Notes: generated from the letters alone by a model not told the origin. 20,169 nt of DNA from a virus (IMGVR_UViG_2695420632_000003:1-20169), one strand, 5' to 3'. Positions 1-8,195 are shown, numbered from the stretch's first letter. Made by a program: numbers and translations.

Positions 1-5
1 AAAAA

Positions 6-215
6 ATGCAGGCTCTGTTACCGGCGATCGAAAAGGCGATGCCGCCTTTGCTGGTGGCCCGTATGCGCAGCCACAGTTCTGAATATTACCGTGAGATCGT
101 CGAACGGAGGGATCGGCTGGTGAAGGATGTCGATGATTTTGTTGCGTCAGCGGTTGTTTTGTATGACCAGATGAATCGCGGCGGCCCGGCAGGGAATGCT
201 GTGGTGATGCACTAA
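6..215 (+). CDS. Hypothetical early-region protein, possibly the 3' part of a gene starting upstream of the window
   Basis: Open frame from the window edge (no in-frame stop in nt 3-5); stop at 213-215; lies immediately upstream of the replication initiator. No recognisable motif. Confidence 0.3.
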   Translation: MQALLPAIEKAMPPLLVARMRSHSSEYYREIVERRDRLVKDVDDFVASAVVLYDQMNRGGPAGNAVVMH

Positions 216-237
216 AAGCACGGTGTTCGGGGGTTTT

Positions 238-1200
238 ATGAGCAGCAAGCTTCATGGTCTTGTCTGGGAAGGGTGCGCCTTCACCGGCATGATCTTATCC
301 AGGGTGGCGGTTATGGCCCGTCTTGCAGACTACAGCAATGACGAGGGCGTGTCATGGCCTGCCATTGAAACTATCCGGCGTCAGATCGGTGCAAGAAGTG
401 AATCCACAGTGAAATCGGCTATTGCAGAACTGGCGAAAGAGGGCTGGCTGACGAAGGAAGAGCGTAAGGTCGGTGGGCGTAATGTAAGCAATATCTATCG
501 GCTTAATGTGGAAAAACTCGAAGCAGCTGCGGCGGCGGCGCGTGAGTCATATAAACCGAAAAGAAAAATTAGCCCGGCAAAAAATGACCCGTTAACAGTT
601 GACCCGTCAAATATTGACCCCTCAACGGTTGACCCGTCAAATTTTGATGGATCAACTGTTGATAAAAAACTGCCGATTAGGGGGGCGATGATTGACCCCG
701 ATCCGTCAGTATTAAAACCTGATCCGTCAGATAAAAGATCTTCTTGTCCGGACGCTTCGCAACCGGACCCGCAGACGGCTGAACAGGATTTTTTAACCCG
801 ACACCCTGACGCGGTTGTGTTCAGTGCGAAAAAACGCCAGTGGGGAAGTCAGGAAGATTTGGTGTGCGCACAGTGGATCTGGGGACGAATCGTGAGTCTT
901 TACGAGCAGGCGGCCAGCGATGATGGCGAGATCACTAGACCGAAAGAACCCAACTGGACAGCATGGGCCAATGACGTTCGCACAATGCGGATGCTGGATG
1001 GCAGAACTCACAGACAAATTTGTGAAATGTTTGGGCGTCTCCAGCGGGATTCGTTCTGGGTAAAAAACATCATGAGTCCGGCAAAACTCCGGGAAAAATG
1101 GGATGAACTGGTTATCCGCCTGGGGCGTTCGCCTGCGCAGCGTTGCGTGAATCACATTTCTGAACCGGACACTGAAATACCGCCGGGATTCAGGGGGTGA
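238..1200 (+). CDS. Phage replication initiator / replisome organizer (lambda O-like), N-terminal DNA-binding region
   Basis: ATG at 238 preceded by GGGGG SD (ORF track frame opens at GTG 223). Gene contains the iteron array and AT-rich stretch typical of ori-lambda inside the O gene; the iterons encode the DPSNIDPSTVDPSNFDGSTVD repeat. Immediately followed by a DnaC-like loader gene. Confidence 0.7.
   Translation: MSSKLHGLVWEGCAFTGMILSRVAVMARLADYSNDEGVSWPAIETIRRQIGARSESTVKSAIAELAKEGWLTKEERKVGGRNVSNIYRLNVEKLEAAAAAARESYKPKRKISPAKNDPLTVDPSNIDPSTVDPSNFDGSTVDKKLPIRGAMIDPDPSVLKPDPSDKRSSCPDASQPDPQTAEQDFLTRHPDAVVFSAKKRQWGSQEDLVCAQWIWGRIVSLYEQAASDDGEITRPKEPNWTAWANDVRTMRMLDGRTHRQICEMFGRLQRDSFWVKNIMSPAKLREKWDELVIRLGRSPAQRCVNHISEPDTEIPPGFRG
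585..674 (+). repeat. Origin iterons: six tandem 15-bp repeats (core TGACCCGTCAA), followed by AT-rich segment to ~760
   Basis: Direct reading: TGACCCGTTAACAGT / TGACCCGTCAAATAT / TGACCCCTCAACGGT / TGACCCGTCAAATTT / TGATGGATCAACTGT / TGATAAAAAACTGCC with 15-bp periodicity; downstream GATCCGTCAG x2 and A/T-rich stretches (700-760). Confidence 0.6.
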
Positions 1201-1206
1201 CGTGTC

Positions 1207-1953
1207 ATGAAAAACATTGCGGCAGTTGGGGTTCTTGAACGTATTCGCAGACTTGCACCACAGGGGTCGGTTCCACCGTACCGGACGGTGGAGGAGTGGC
1301 GGGAATGGCAACTTGCTGAAGGACGAAAACGCAGCGAGGAGATTAACCGCCAGAATCGCCAGTTGCGGGTGGAAAAAATCCTGAATCGTTCGGGCATCCA
1401 GCCTCTGCACAGCAAATGCTCGTTTGCAAATTATCAGGTGCAGAACGACGGGCAAAAATACGCGCTGAGCCAGGCCAAATCCATAGCTGACGAACTGATG
1501 ACCGAGTGCACGAATTTTGTGTTCAGCGGTAAAACTGGCACCGGGAAAAATCACCTTGCAGCGGCGATGGGCAACCGGCTGATGGTGAAGGGGCGCAGCG
1601 TGATTATCGTCACCGTGTCTGACGTCATGAGCGTGTTGCATGACAGCTACGACAACGGCAAATCCGGGGAAAAATTTTTACAGGAGCTTTGCGGGGTTGA
1701 TTTGCTGGTCCTGGATGAAATAGGCGTTCAGCGGGAGACGAAAAACGAGCAGGTGGTATTGCACCAGATAATTGATCGCCGGACAGCATCACTGTGCAGT
1801 GTCGGGATGTTAACAAACCTGAATCATGCCGCAATGAGTACGCTTCTTGGTGAGAGGATTATGGACCGCATGACCATGAACGGTGGTCGATGGGTGACGT
1901 TTAACTGGGATAGCTGGCGTCCAAATGTCAGCAATATGAGGGTTGTGAAGTAA
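1207..1953 (+). CDS. DnaC-family AAA+ helicase loader (phage replication protein, IstB/DnaC-like)
   Basis: Walker A-like GKTGTGKNHLA and Walker B LLVLDEIG in translation; SD GGGGGTGA before ATG 1207; position directly after O-like gene. Confidence 0.8.
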   Translation: MKNIAAVGVLERIRRLAPQGSVPPYRTVEEWREWQLAEGRKRSEEINRQNRQLRVEKILNRSGIQPLHSKCSFANYQVQNDGQKYALSQAKSIADELMTECTNFVFSGKTGTGKNHLAAAMGNRLMVKGRSVIIVTVSDVMSVLHDSYDNGKSGEKFLQELCGVDLLVLDEIGVQRETKNEQVVLHQIIDRRTASLCSVGMLTNLNHAAMSTLLGERIMDRMTMNGGRWVTFNWDSWRPNVSNMRVVK

Positions 1954-1974
1954 TTTTGTCCGGAGGAAATTTTA

Positions 1975-2745
1975 ATGGAAACCGTATCTGACGCACTGAA
2001 AGCACTGAAAAAAGCCTCTTCACATGTGGTGGCAGCTCGCCTTGGAATCAGTCGTGAAGAGGCTGTCAACGAGCTGTGGGAACTCAAAAGAAAAGGCGTC
2101 GTTGATAAAACTGGTCACACCTGGTATCTGGCTGGCGAAGGTGAATCCCGGGTAACCGAAGAGCGGCCAGTAAAATCTGAAGCACAGGATATGCTGACCG
2201 GGGAGGTCGAACAAAAAGTTACCGCAGACATGATGATTGAGTTTATCGGTCAGGATGGGGCTAAAACGTGTGAGGAACTGGCGGGTAAGTTCGGTGTCAG
2301 TACTCGCAAGGTTGCTTCCACGCTGGCGGTGGTAACCGCAACGGGGCGGCTGGCACGCGTTAATCAGAACGGTAAATTTCGTTACTGCATGCCGGGCGAT
2401 AATTTACCAGCAGAGCCGAAAGCCGCTCTGGTAACGGAAAGTGATGGTAAGGCCTTTCCTCAGCCAGCAGGTGCTGCGTTACCAGTCCGGGAAGCCGCAA
2501 CACAGGAAGAAATTAAAACAGAAACTGTGGCGGACATTGTGCAGCCGTTGCCATCGTTTACCGAAACGCAAGCAGATGAGCTGATTTTTCCGTCCCTTCG
2601 CAGGGCAAACCTGGCGCTGCGCAGGGCGAAAAGTGATGTTCAGAAGTGGGAGCGAGTCTGCGCCGCGCTGCGGGAGCTGAACAAGCACCGGGATATTGTT
2701 CGACAGATTACTGATTCTTCCCGCCGTGTTGTATCGGAAAAGTGA
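1975..2745 (+). CDS. Hypothetical phage protein with winged-helix-like segments
   Basis: 256-aa ORF with SD GGAGGAAA 5 nt upstream of ATG; contains HTH-like stretches (AARLGISREEAVNELWELKRKG; CEELAGKFGVSTRKVASTLAVVTATGRL). Confidence 0.5.
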   Translation: METVSDALKALKKASSHVVAARLGISREEAVNELWELKRKGVVDKTGHTWYLAGEGESRVTEERPVKSEAQDMLTGEVEQKVTADMMIEFIGQDGAKTCEELAGKFGVSTRKVASTLAVVTATGRLARVNQNGKFRYCMPGDNLPAEPKAALVTESDGKAFPQPAGAALPVREAATQEEIKTETVADIVQPLPSFTETQADELIFPSLRRANLALRRAKSDVQKWERVCAALRELNKHRDIVRQITDSSRRVVSEK

Positions 2746-2760
2746 TTGCCGGAGGCGCTT

Positions 2761-3183
2761 ATGGCAAAAGTATTTACACAAGAAGAGCGGGAAAAAATTA
2801 AAGGGCTGATCGTGGAATTCGTACGCCTTAACGGACGAGGCACGATTCGGCAGTTATCGGATGAAATTGGTGTCAGTCATGCGTCTGTCGGTCGTTTATG
2901 CATGGAGCTGGCCGCCAGTGGTGATGTTTACAATTCCGGTTACGGAGTATTCCCGTCTGAGCAGGCGCGCAAGGACTGGCAAAACGCCCGCAAAAAACTC
3001 TCAAGGGCAAAGCTGAAGAAACCATCTGTGGTTGATCCGGACCTTATCTGGCTATTACCAGACGGCGAAATACGCCGCTACGACAGGCGCCTAAACATAA
3101 TCTGTCGCGAGTGCCGGAAGAGTGAAGCTATGCAGCGTGTACTGGCGTTTTATCAGGGGAATTTTGAGGAGGTGGTGCGGTGA
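2761..3183 (+). CDS. Hypothetical phage protein, N-terminal HTH-like domain paralogous to part of preceding ORF
   Basis: ATG 2761 with GGAGG SD 5 nt upstream (ORF track frame opens at TTG 2746); segment TIRQLSDEIGVSHASVGRLCMELAASGDV resembles the HTH-like segment of ORF 1975-2745. Confidence 0.5.
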   Translation: MAKVFTQEEREKIKGLIVEFVRLNGRGTIRQLSDEIGVSHASVGRLCMELAASGDVYNSGYGVFPSEQARKDWQNARKKLSRAKLKKPSVVDPDLIWLLPDGEIRRYDRRLNIICRECRKSEAMQRVLAFYQGNFEEVVR

Positions 3184-3434
3184 GTGAATCAAAATGCCAG
3201 GTTAATGGCAACAAGATAGAACCATGTGCAGCACTGGCAAAGTCCCTTGAGCGTGATGCTGAATACACGATGCGAAAAGGTCTGCTGATATACAAAATCT
3301 GGAATGAGAGTTTAACTCGCGGTCCTGATTTTGTGATGTTGCGTTCCGGTGAATTTTCTAAATTACCAGTTCGGGTTTCATTTTGTCCGTTCTGTGGTGA
3401 AAGTCTGAAAACGTGGGAGAACAGAAATGAATGA
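3180..3434 (+). CDS. Hypothetical small protein with C-terminal CPFCG zinc-ribbon-like motif
   Basis: GTG start overlapping the previous stop (GTGA), SD GGAGGTGG upstream; 84 aa. Confidence 0.45.
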   Translation: MSESKCQVNGNKIEPCAALAKSLERDAEYTMRKGLLIYKIWNESLTRGPDFVMLRSGEFSKLPVRVSFCPFCGESLKTWENRNE

Positions 3435-3738
3435 AATTAAAGAAATACCAGTAGTACGTGATGAATATGGCTGCTGGACGCATCCTGAATATGAAAAATT
3501 CTGTGACGGTCGGGAATATATTTCAACGGAAGAGTTTAACGCCTGGATGGAGGAAAATAATCTTCAATACGTCCTCTGCTTCAGAGATGAAGGATGTGCT
3601 GACCTTGATGCGTGTGATGCTGATATTTCTGCATGGGAACCGGAACGACCAGAGGGCAATGGATGGTTTATTGGTTCAATACATGACACCGAAGATGGCC
3701 CGGTTTGTGTATGGCTGAGAAATAAGGCCGAAGCATAA
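3427..3738 (+). CDS. Hypothetical phage protein (Cys/acidic-rich)
   Basis: ATG 3427 with GGGAGAACAG upstream, overlaps the previous gene end by 8 nt (translational coupling); 103 aa. Confidence 0.45.
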   Translation: MNEIKEIPVVRDEYGCWTHPEYEKFCDGREYISTEEFNAWMEENNLQYVLCFRDEGCADLDACDADISAWEPERPEGNGWFIGSIHDTEDGPVCVWLRNKAEA

Positions 3739-3866
3739 AGGCTATAAACCGACTAACAACTAAATACCGAAGATTTAAATCAGAAACGATTTTTATTAAA
3801 TCCTTAACCGGAGGGATTCCTGCACCCTCAGAACATCAGGAGGCCGTCCGAAAGGGCGGTAGTGAA

Positions 3867-4049
3867 ATGCGAAAATTCAAAATAATTATTGAAACGGGAA
3901 TAGCCGGTGGAGATTTCGAGGATGAATTCGAAGTGGATGATGATGCAACACCAGATGAAATACAGGATGAAGCTAAAGATATTTTCTTTAACTACTGCAA
4001 TTACTCATACCACGAAATAAAAGACGAAGAGGAAGAACAAAATGGCTGA
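3867..4049 (+). CDS. Hypothetical small acidic protein
   Basis: 60-aa ORF, highly acidic C-terminus; stop overlaps the next gene start. Confidence 0.4.
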   Translation: MRKFKIIIETGIAGGDFEDEFEVDDDATPDEIQDEAKDIFFNYCNYSYHEIKDEEEEQNG

Positions 4050-4218
4050 TTTTGGTTCAACTAAATATAACGCCAGTTTTGAAGAATGGCATGAACTGTT
4101 AATGGATTATGCAGAGTTACGCGGTGGAAGTGCCGCTGATGCTGAAGCATGGCGTGATGATTATGAAGCAGGGAAAACACCGGTCGAAGCATATTGTGAT
4201 GAGTGGGGCGATGAATGA
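4042..4218 (+). CDS. Hypothetical small protein (58 aa), not in supplied ORF track (<60 aa)
   Basis: Hand translation: MADFGSTKYNASFEEWHELLMDYAELRGGSAADAEAWRDDYEAGKTPVEAYCDEWGDE; start overlaps the upstream stop (ATGGCTGA) and stop overlaps the next start (ATGA): consistent with a coupled gene chain. Confidence 0.4.
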   Translation: MADFGSTKYNASFEEWHELLMDYAELRGGSAADAEAWRDDYEAGKTPVEAYCDEWGDE

Positions 4219-4574
4219 GCGAGATTAATTATCAGGAAGGGCATGAAAAGGCAGGGCAGGCAAAACCAGTGGCATGGCGATATCGCTACGTGAAAAAAGG
4301 CGTTACAGACTTTCAGGGGAAGCAGTGGGTTGGTGACTGGAAATATGTACCGACAAAAGAGGATTGCAACGACAGACCGAACTATGAAATTCAGGCGTTA
4401 TTCACTGCCCCGCCTGTGCCACTGACACCAGAAGGATTGATTAAAGCAGTGCGTTTCTATGAACAGGTAAAGCGTGAGAATCCGCCAGTCGAAACCGGAG
4501 CATGGAAAGACGCTGTTGACTGGGTGCTCAAAGAGGCTTGCCAGTCTGTAAACATTGGCATCAAAGGAGAGTGA
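4215..4574 (+). CDS. Hypothetical phage protein
   Basis: 119-aa ORF in the coupled gene chain; ends ...GIKGE followed by the repeated junction AAAGGAGAGTGA. Confidence 0.5.
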   Translation: MSEINYQEGHEKAGQAKPVAWRYRYVKKGVTDFQGKQWVGDWKYVPTKEDCNDRPNYEIQALFTAPPVPLTPEGLIKAVRFYEQVKRENPPVETGAWKDAVDWVLKEACQSVNIGIKGE

Positions 4575-4576
4575 GA

Positions 4577-5068
4577 ATGCAAATTTCACCGGTTACTCTT
4601 CGTGTTGCGAAGGCGTTTATATCCAGACATCACCGACACAATAAACCCCCGGTGGGGCATAAATTCAGCATTGGTCTGAGAAATGATGCCGGAGAATTGA
4701 TAGGTGTGGCGACAGCCGGTAGACCTGTTGCACGACATTTGGACGATGGATTAACGCTTGAAGTAAATCGCACATGTACCACAGGAGAACGCAACGCTAA
4801 CAGCGCGCTTTATGGTGCTGTCTGGCGGGCAGCAAAGGCTATGGGTTATCAACGTTGTATTACGTACACCCAGGCAGATGAATCAGGAGCATCTCTCCGC
4901 GCAGCTGGTTTTGTTCGTGTGAAAGAGCTTCCTCCAAGAAAAAGCTGGGCGGAATCAAGCGTCGCCCTGCGGAGTAAACGCGATCCGGTCGGAAACGGTG
5001 GTGTTCCTCGTGTGCTCTGGGAAATCAGGAGAATGAGTACCACTGGCATTCGCATCAAAGGAGAGTGA
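4577..5068 (+). CDS. Hypothetical phage protein; possible acyltransferase-like fold (weak inference)
   Basis: ATG 4577 with AAAGGAGAG SD (ORF track frame extends to 4538). 163 aa; bracketed by identical 17-bp junction sequences (4558-4574 and 5052-5068). Fold assignment is only an impression from the sequence pattern and is not supported by a canonical GNAT motif. Confidence 0.5.
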   Translation: MQISPVTLRVAKAFISRHHRHNKPPVGHKFSIGLRNDAGELIGVATAGRPVARHLDDGLTLEVNRTCTTGERNANSALYGAVWRAAKAMGYQRCITYTQADESGASLRAAGFVRVKELPPRKSWAESSVALRSKRDPVGNGGVPRVLWEIRRMSTTGIRIKGE

Positions 5069-5069
5069 T

Positions 5070-5333
5070 ATGGCAACTTTGACAAAAAAAGAACAAGCAT
5101 GGTTGAGCGAATTACAGGACGTTCTTGATCGCTGTCCATCACCGAAAAAAATTGGTTTTTACACCATTGGCGATAAAAGCATTTACCTGTATGACCTGCG
5201 CCGCATGGATGAAATCATGGAGGCTCTTGATAATCGTTCGTCGATGGATTGGTGTGTTGCTGTTCATGATATGAATGCAGGGTTTGATGAAAAGATTTTG
5301 TTCCCCTCATCAGTTGAAAGCACTGCGGGTTAA
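5070..5333 (+). CDS. Hypothetical phage protein
   Basis: 87-aa ORF, ATG 2 nt after the previous stop with the same AAAGGAGAG SD. Confidence 0.5.
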   Translation: MATLTKKEQAWLSELQDVLDRCPSPKKIGFYTIGDKSIYLYDLRRMDEIMEALDNRSSMDWCVAVHDMNAGFDEKILFPSSVESTAG

Positions 5334-5343
5334 GGAGTAACAC

Positions 5344-6246
5344 ATGACCACTATTACCAAAGAACGTATTGAATTGTTCATTAAAAATCCGCTTGAAAAC
5401 GGGCTTACCCGTGGTGAACAAATGGAACTGGCACGGATTGCGCTGGCATCGCTGGAAGCAGATCCAGTTAAACGAGTTAACTCAGATCAGATGCGCCGAG
5501 TCTGCTTAGAAGCTAATCGCCATTTAGATAAATATGACGCGATGGCGAAAGAGGTAAATAAGTTGCTTGGACGCATCGCCCCGCCAGCGCCGGTAGTGCC
5601 GGAAGAAGCAACTCCGGAAAACGTAGAAATGCTCTCTGGCTATGTTTCCACGTACAAATTAACCGATAGCGAGCGCGATATTGCTGCCGAAATATGGAAC
5701 GCCTGCCGCACCGCCATGCTTCAGTCCGGAAACTTTCGGGAAAGCAAGAATTCGTCAACCAATAATTTTCGGGAAATCCCGGAAGCGTCAACCAGCTCTC
5801 CGGTAACTCCGGCTCTTCTGCCTGGTGGTTTCACCATTGAGGAGGCGAAGGAATTACATGAAGACCTGGTACGCAGCCACATAAGCAAGGCCTTAAGTGG
5901 CGAAAAGATGAAAAAGAAAGATCGCGATGCTGATTTGCGCTGGATTCATGGCGTTATAGTTCAGGCAGCGTGGTTTGTAAAAGCATCACTGGAGCAGAAT
6001 GCACTATCGGGCAACTCTCCGGCAACTCCGGATGGTTGGATAAGCTGTAGTGAGCGAATGCCGAATACCAAAACAGCCGTTCTTGTTGCCGTGGAGTTTG
6101 ACAGGAAAGGTGACTGGCGAATGAAATGGGCTACTTACATCCCCGGGCATCCTGACGCTAATGATGGGTGGATAATTCCTGGTGCGTCGTGGAAACCGTC
6201 ACACTGGATGCCGCTACCAGAACCGCCGCAGGAGGTGAATCAATGA
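5344..6246 (+). CDS. Phage protein with C-terminal DUF551-like domain
   Basis: 300-aa ORF; C-terminus ...DGWIIPGASWKPSHWMPLPEPP matches my recollection of the DUF551 signature (W...HWMPLPEPP); Pro-rich linker in the middle. Confidence 0.55.
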   Translation: MTTITKERIELFIKNPLENGLTRGEQMELARIALASLEADPVKRVNSDQMRRVCLEANRHLDKYDAMAKEVNKLLGRIAPPAPVVPEEATPENVEMLSGYVSTYKLTDSERDIAAEIWNACRTAMLQSGNFRESKNSSTNNFREIPEASTSSPVTPALLPGGFTIEEAKELHEDLVRSHISKALSGEKMKKKDRDADLRWIHGVIVQAAWFVKASLEQNALSGNSPATPDGWISCSERMPNTKTAVLVAVEFDRKGDWRMKWATYIPGHPDANDGWIIPGASWKPSHWMPLPEPPQEVNQ

Positions 6247-6326
6247 GCTGGCCTGAAGCATTAACAACGGTAGGAATTGCGATGGCGGTGGCGCTGGTGG
6301 TGTATTCGATTTGCCGCTGGGGATAA
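6243..6326 (+). CDS. Small hydrophobic peptide (27 aa, single predicted TM)
   Basis: ATG overlaps the upstream stop (ATGA) and is preceded by a near-perfect SD AGGAGGTGA; translation MSWPEALTTVGIAMAVALVVYSICRWG. Confidence 0.35.
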   Translation: MSWPEALTTVGIAMAVALVVYSICRWG

Positions 6327-6537
6327 AAACGGTTTGCGGGAAAAGGAGAGTTAAGTAGAATTGCAGCGGGTGCTTGAGGCTATCTGTCTCAGGCATGAAC
6401 ACCAAAAGGCAGATAGAGAAAAGCCCCAGTTAACATTACGCGTCCGGCAAGACGCTTAACATTAATCTGAGGCCATATCTATGCTCTACACACGTAGGTT
6501 AGCCTCTTACGTGCCGAAAGGCAAGGAGAAGCAGGCT

Positions 6538-6693
6538 ATGAAGCAGCAAAAGGCGATGCTAATCGCCCTGATCGTCATCTGTTTAACCGTCATTGTGACG
6601 GCACTGGTAACGAGGAAAGACCTCTGCGAGGTACGAATCCGAACCGGCCAGACGGAGGTCGCTGTCTTCACAGCTTACGAACCTGAGGAGTAA
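6538..6693 (+). CDS. hok: Hok/Gef family type I toxin (HokD/RelF-like, 51 aa)
   Basis: Translation MKQQKAMLIALIVICLTVIVTALVTRKDLCEVRIRTGQTEVAVFTAYEPEE is a Hok-family membrane toxin as I recall it; SD AAGGAGA upstream; an in-frame upstream extension (6481) occupies the mok-like position; intrinsic terminator follows. Confidence 0.85.
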   Translation: MKQQKAMLIALIVICLTVIVTALVTRKDLCEVRIRTGQTEVAVFTAYEPEE

Positions 6694-6761
6694 GAGACCA
6701 GGCGGGGGAGAATCCCTCGCCACCTCTGATGTGTCAGGCATCCTCAACGCACCCGCACTTA

Positions 6762-6787
6762 ACCCGCTTCGGCGGGTTTTGTTTTTT
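6762..6787 (+). terminator. Rho-independent terminator downstream of hok
   Basis: ACCCGC-TTCG-GCGGGT hairpin (UUCG tetraloop) followed by TTTGTTTTTT. Confidence 0.6.
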
Positions 6788-6859
6788 CCTAGCATTCTGG
6801 TTTACAATTCGCACACCAGCCTGAACAACTGGCACCTGCTGCGCCAGCAGAGACAACCG

Positions 6860-7138
6860 ATGGCGCACGATACCAAATTACACAATTCTGATGATTCTGC
6901 CGTCTTTGCCAGCAGGCACGGGCGGCGTTCCCGCACTTTCAAATCTGACTGGTTCCAGCATCCCCCATGCACTGAAGAACAGGCCGAGTGGCTAATTCAG
7001 TGCTACCGCAGACACGGATACGAGATTAAGAAAGCCCTCAGCCTCGATTATCGTCACTGGATAATCTCCGTCAGGCTTCCTTACTCCGAACGCCCACCGC
7101 GTCCGTCCCGCACATTCCAGCAACGCATCTGGAGGTAA
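6860..7138 (+). CDS. Hypothetical protein in the position of rem (between hok and the DUF968 gene)
   Basis: Start placed at ATG 6860, downstream of the hok terminator and a TACAAT -10-like element (6802-6807); the ORF track extension to 6731 would run through the terminator. Stop is 1 nt before the next gene start. Confidence 0.4.
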   Translation: MAHDTKLHNSDDSAVFASRHGRRSRTFKSDWFQHPPCTEEQAEWLIQCYRRHGYEIKKALSLDYRHWIISVRLPYSERPPRPSRTFQQRIWR

Positions 7139-7139
7139 C

Positions 7140-8195
7140 GTGCGGGTATTACTTCGACCTGTTCTGGTACCGGAACTCGGGCTGGTGATCGTTAAGCCGG
7201 GCCGTGAATCCATGCCGGTATTCCACAATACCCGGGTACTGGTGGAGCCGGAACCGAAAAGCATGCGTAATCTGCCGTCCGGGGTCGTTCCTGCCGTTCG
7301 CCAGCCGCTGGCGGAGGATAAATCATTACTGCCATTTTTCAGCGACGAACGAGTGATTCGTGCTGCTGGTGGCGCTGGCGCATTGTCTGACTGGTTACTG
7401 CGCCATGTTAAATCCTGCCAGTGGCCACACGGCGATTATCACCACAGTGAAACCGTCATTCACCGTTATGGTACCGGCGCAATGGTGTTGTGCTGGCACT
7501 GCGACAACCAGCTGCGCGACCAGACCTCCGAATCACTCGGGCAACTTGCTCACCAAAACCTGTCTGCATGGATGATTGACGTCATACGCCATGCAATGAA
7601 TGGCTCGCAGGAACGGGAATTATCGCTGGCTGAATTATCCTGGTGGGCGGTCCGCAATCAGGTGGCGGACGCGCTACCGGAAGCGGTATTACGTCGTTCG
7701 CTGGGGTTGCGTGCGGAAAAAATCCGCTCAATGTACCGTGAAAGCGACATCGTACCGGGAGAGCAGACCGCCACCAGCATACTGAAGCAGCGCACAAAAA
7801 ATCTTGCGCCGCTGCCTCACGCCCACCAGCAAAACCCGCCACAGGAAAAGACGGTGGTCAGCATTGCCGTTGATCCGGAGTCACCGGCTCAGTATCTCCA
7901 GCGCCAGAAATCACAACGGGAAGAGATGCCTGTATACACGCGTTGGGTAAAAACGCAGAAATGCATGACGTGTGGCAATCAGGCAGATGATCCGCATCAC
8001 ATCATTGGTCATGGACTGGGAGGGATGGGAACAAAGGCTGATGATTTGTTTGTTATTCCGCTGTGCCGTAAATGCCATAGCGAACTACACGCCGGGGTAA
8101 AAGATTTTGAAGAAAAACACGGCAGCCAGCTGTTGTTGCTGATTCGTTTTTTAATGCACGCGAGAAATTCGGGTGTTCTGAAGTGGAAAGCATAA
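7140..8195 (+). CDS. DUF968-like phage protein with C-terminal HNH-like Cys/His motif
   Basis: GTG start with GGAGGT SD; C-terminus CMTCGNQADDPHHIIGHG...IPLCRKCHSELH resembles an HNH/zinc-binding nuclease motif; gene order hok - small ORF - DUF968 - Q mirrors the Qin prophage arrangement (hokD-rem-ydfU-quuQ) as I recall it. Confidence 0.6.
   Translation: MRVLLRPVLVPELGLVIVKPGRESMPVFHNTRVLVEPEPKSMRNLPSGVVPAVRQPLAEDKSLLPFFSDERVIRAAGGAGALSDWLLRHVKSCQWPHGDYHHSETVIHRYGTGAMVLCWHCDNQLRDQTSESLGQLAHQNLSAWMIDVIRHAMNGSQERELSLAELSWWAVRNQVADALPEAVLRRSLGLRAEKIRSMYRESDIVPGEQTATSILKQRTKNLAPLPHAHQQNPPQEKTVVSIAVDPESPAQYLQRQKSQREEMPVYTRWVKTQKCMTCGNQADDPHHIIGHGLGGMGTKADDLFVIPLCRKCHSELHAGVKDFEEKHGSQLLLLIRFLMHARNSGVLKWKA

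Noticed and set aside
793-1641. 282-aa minus-strand ORF overlapping the O-like and DnaC-like genes
   Set aside because: Lies entirely antisense to two well-supported coding genes with clear motifs; a long antisense ORF is expected by chance in GC-rich coding DNA; no RBS or promoter evident.
3458-3718. 86-aa alternative-frame ORF nested in 3427-3738
   Set aside because: Same strand, fully inside a better-supported coupled gene; no separate RBS.
3739-3866. 128-bp intergenic gap in the nin-like block with a GAAA-loop hairpin (GCCGTCC-GAAA-GGGCGG)
   Set aside because: Stem has a mismatch and there is no U-tract or clear promoter hexamers; could be mRNA structure, but evidence is insufficient to call a feature.
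6731-6859. Upstream extension of ORF 6731-7138
   Set aside because: Overlaps the hok terminator hairpin and T-tract; the downstream ATG 6860 after a -10-like element is more plausible, though its SD is weak.
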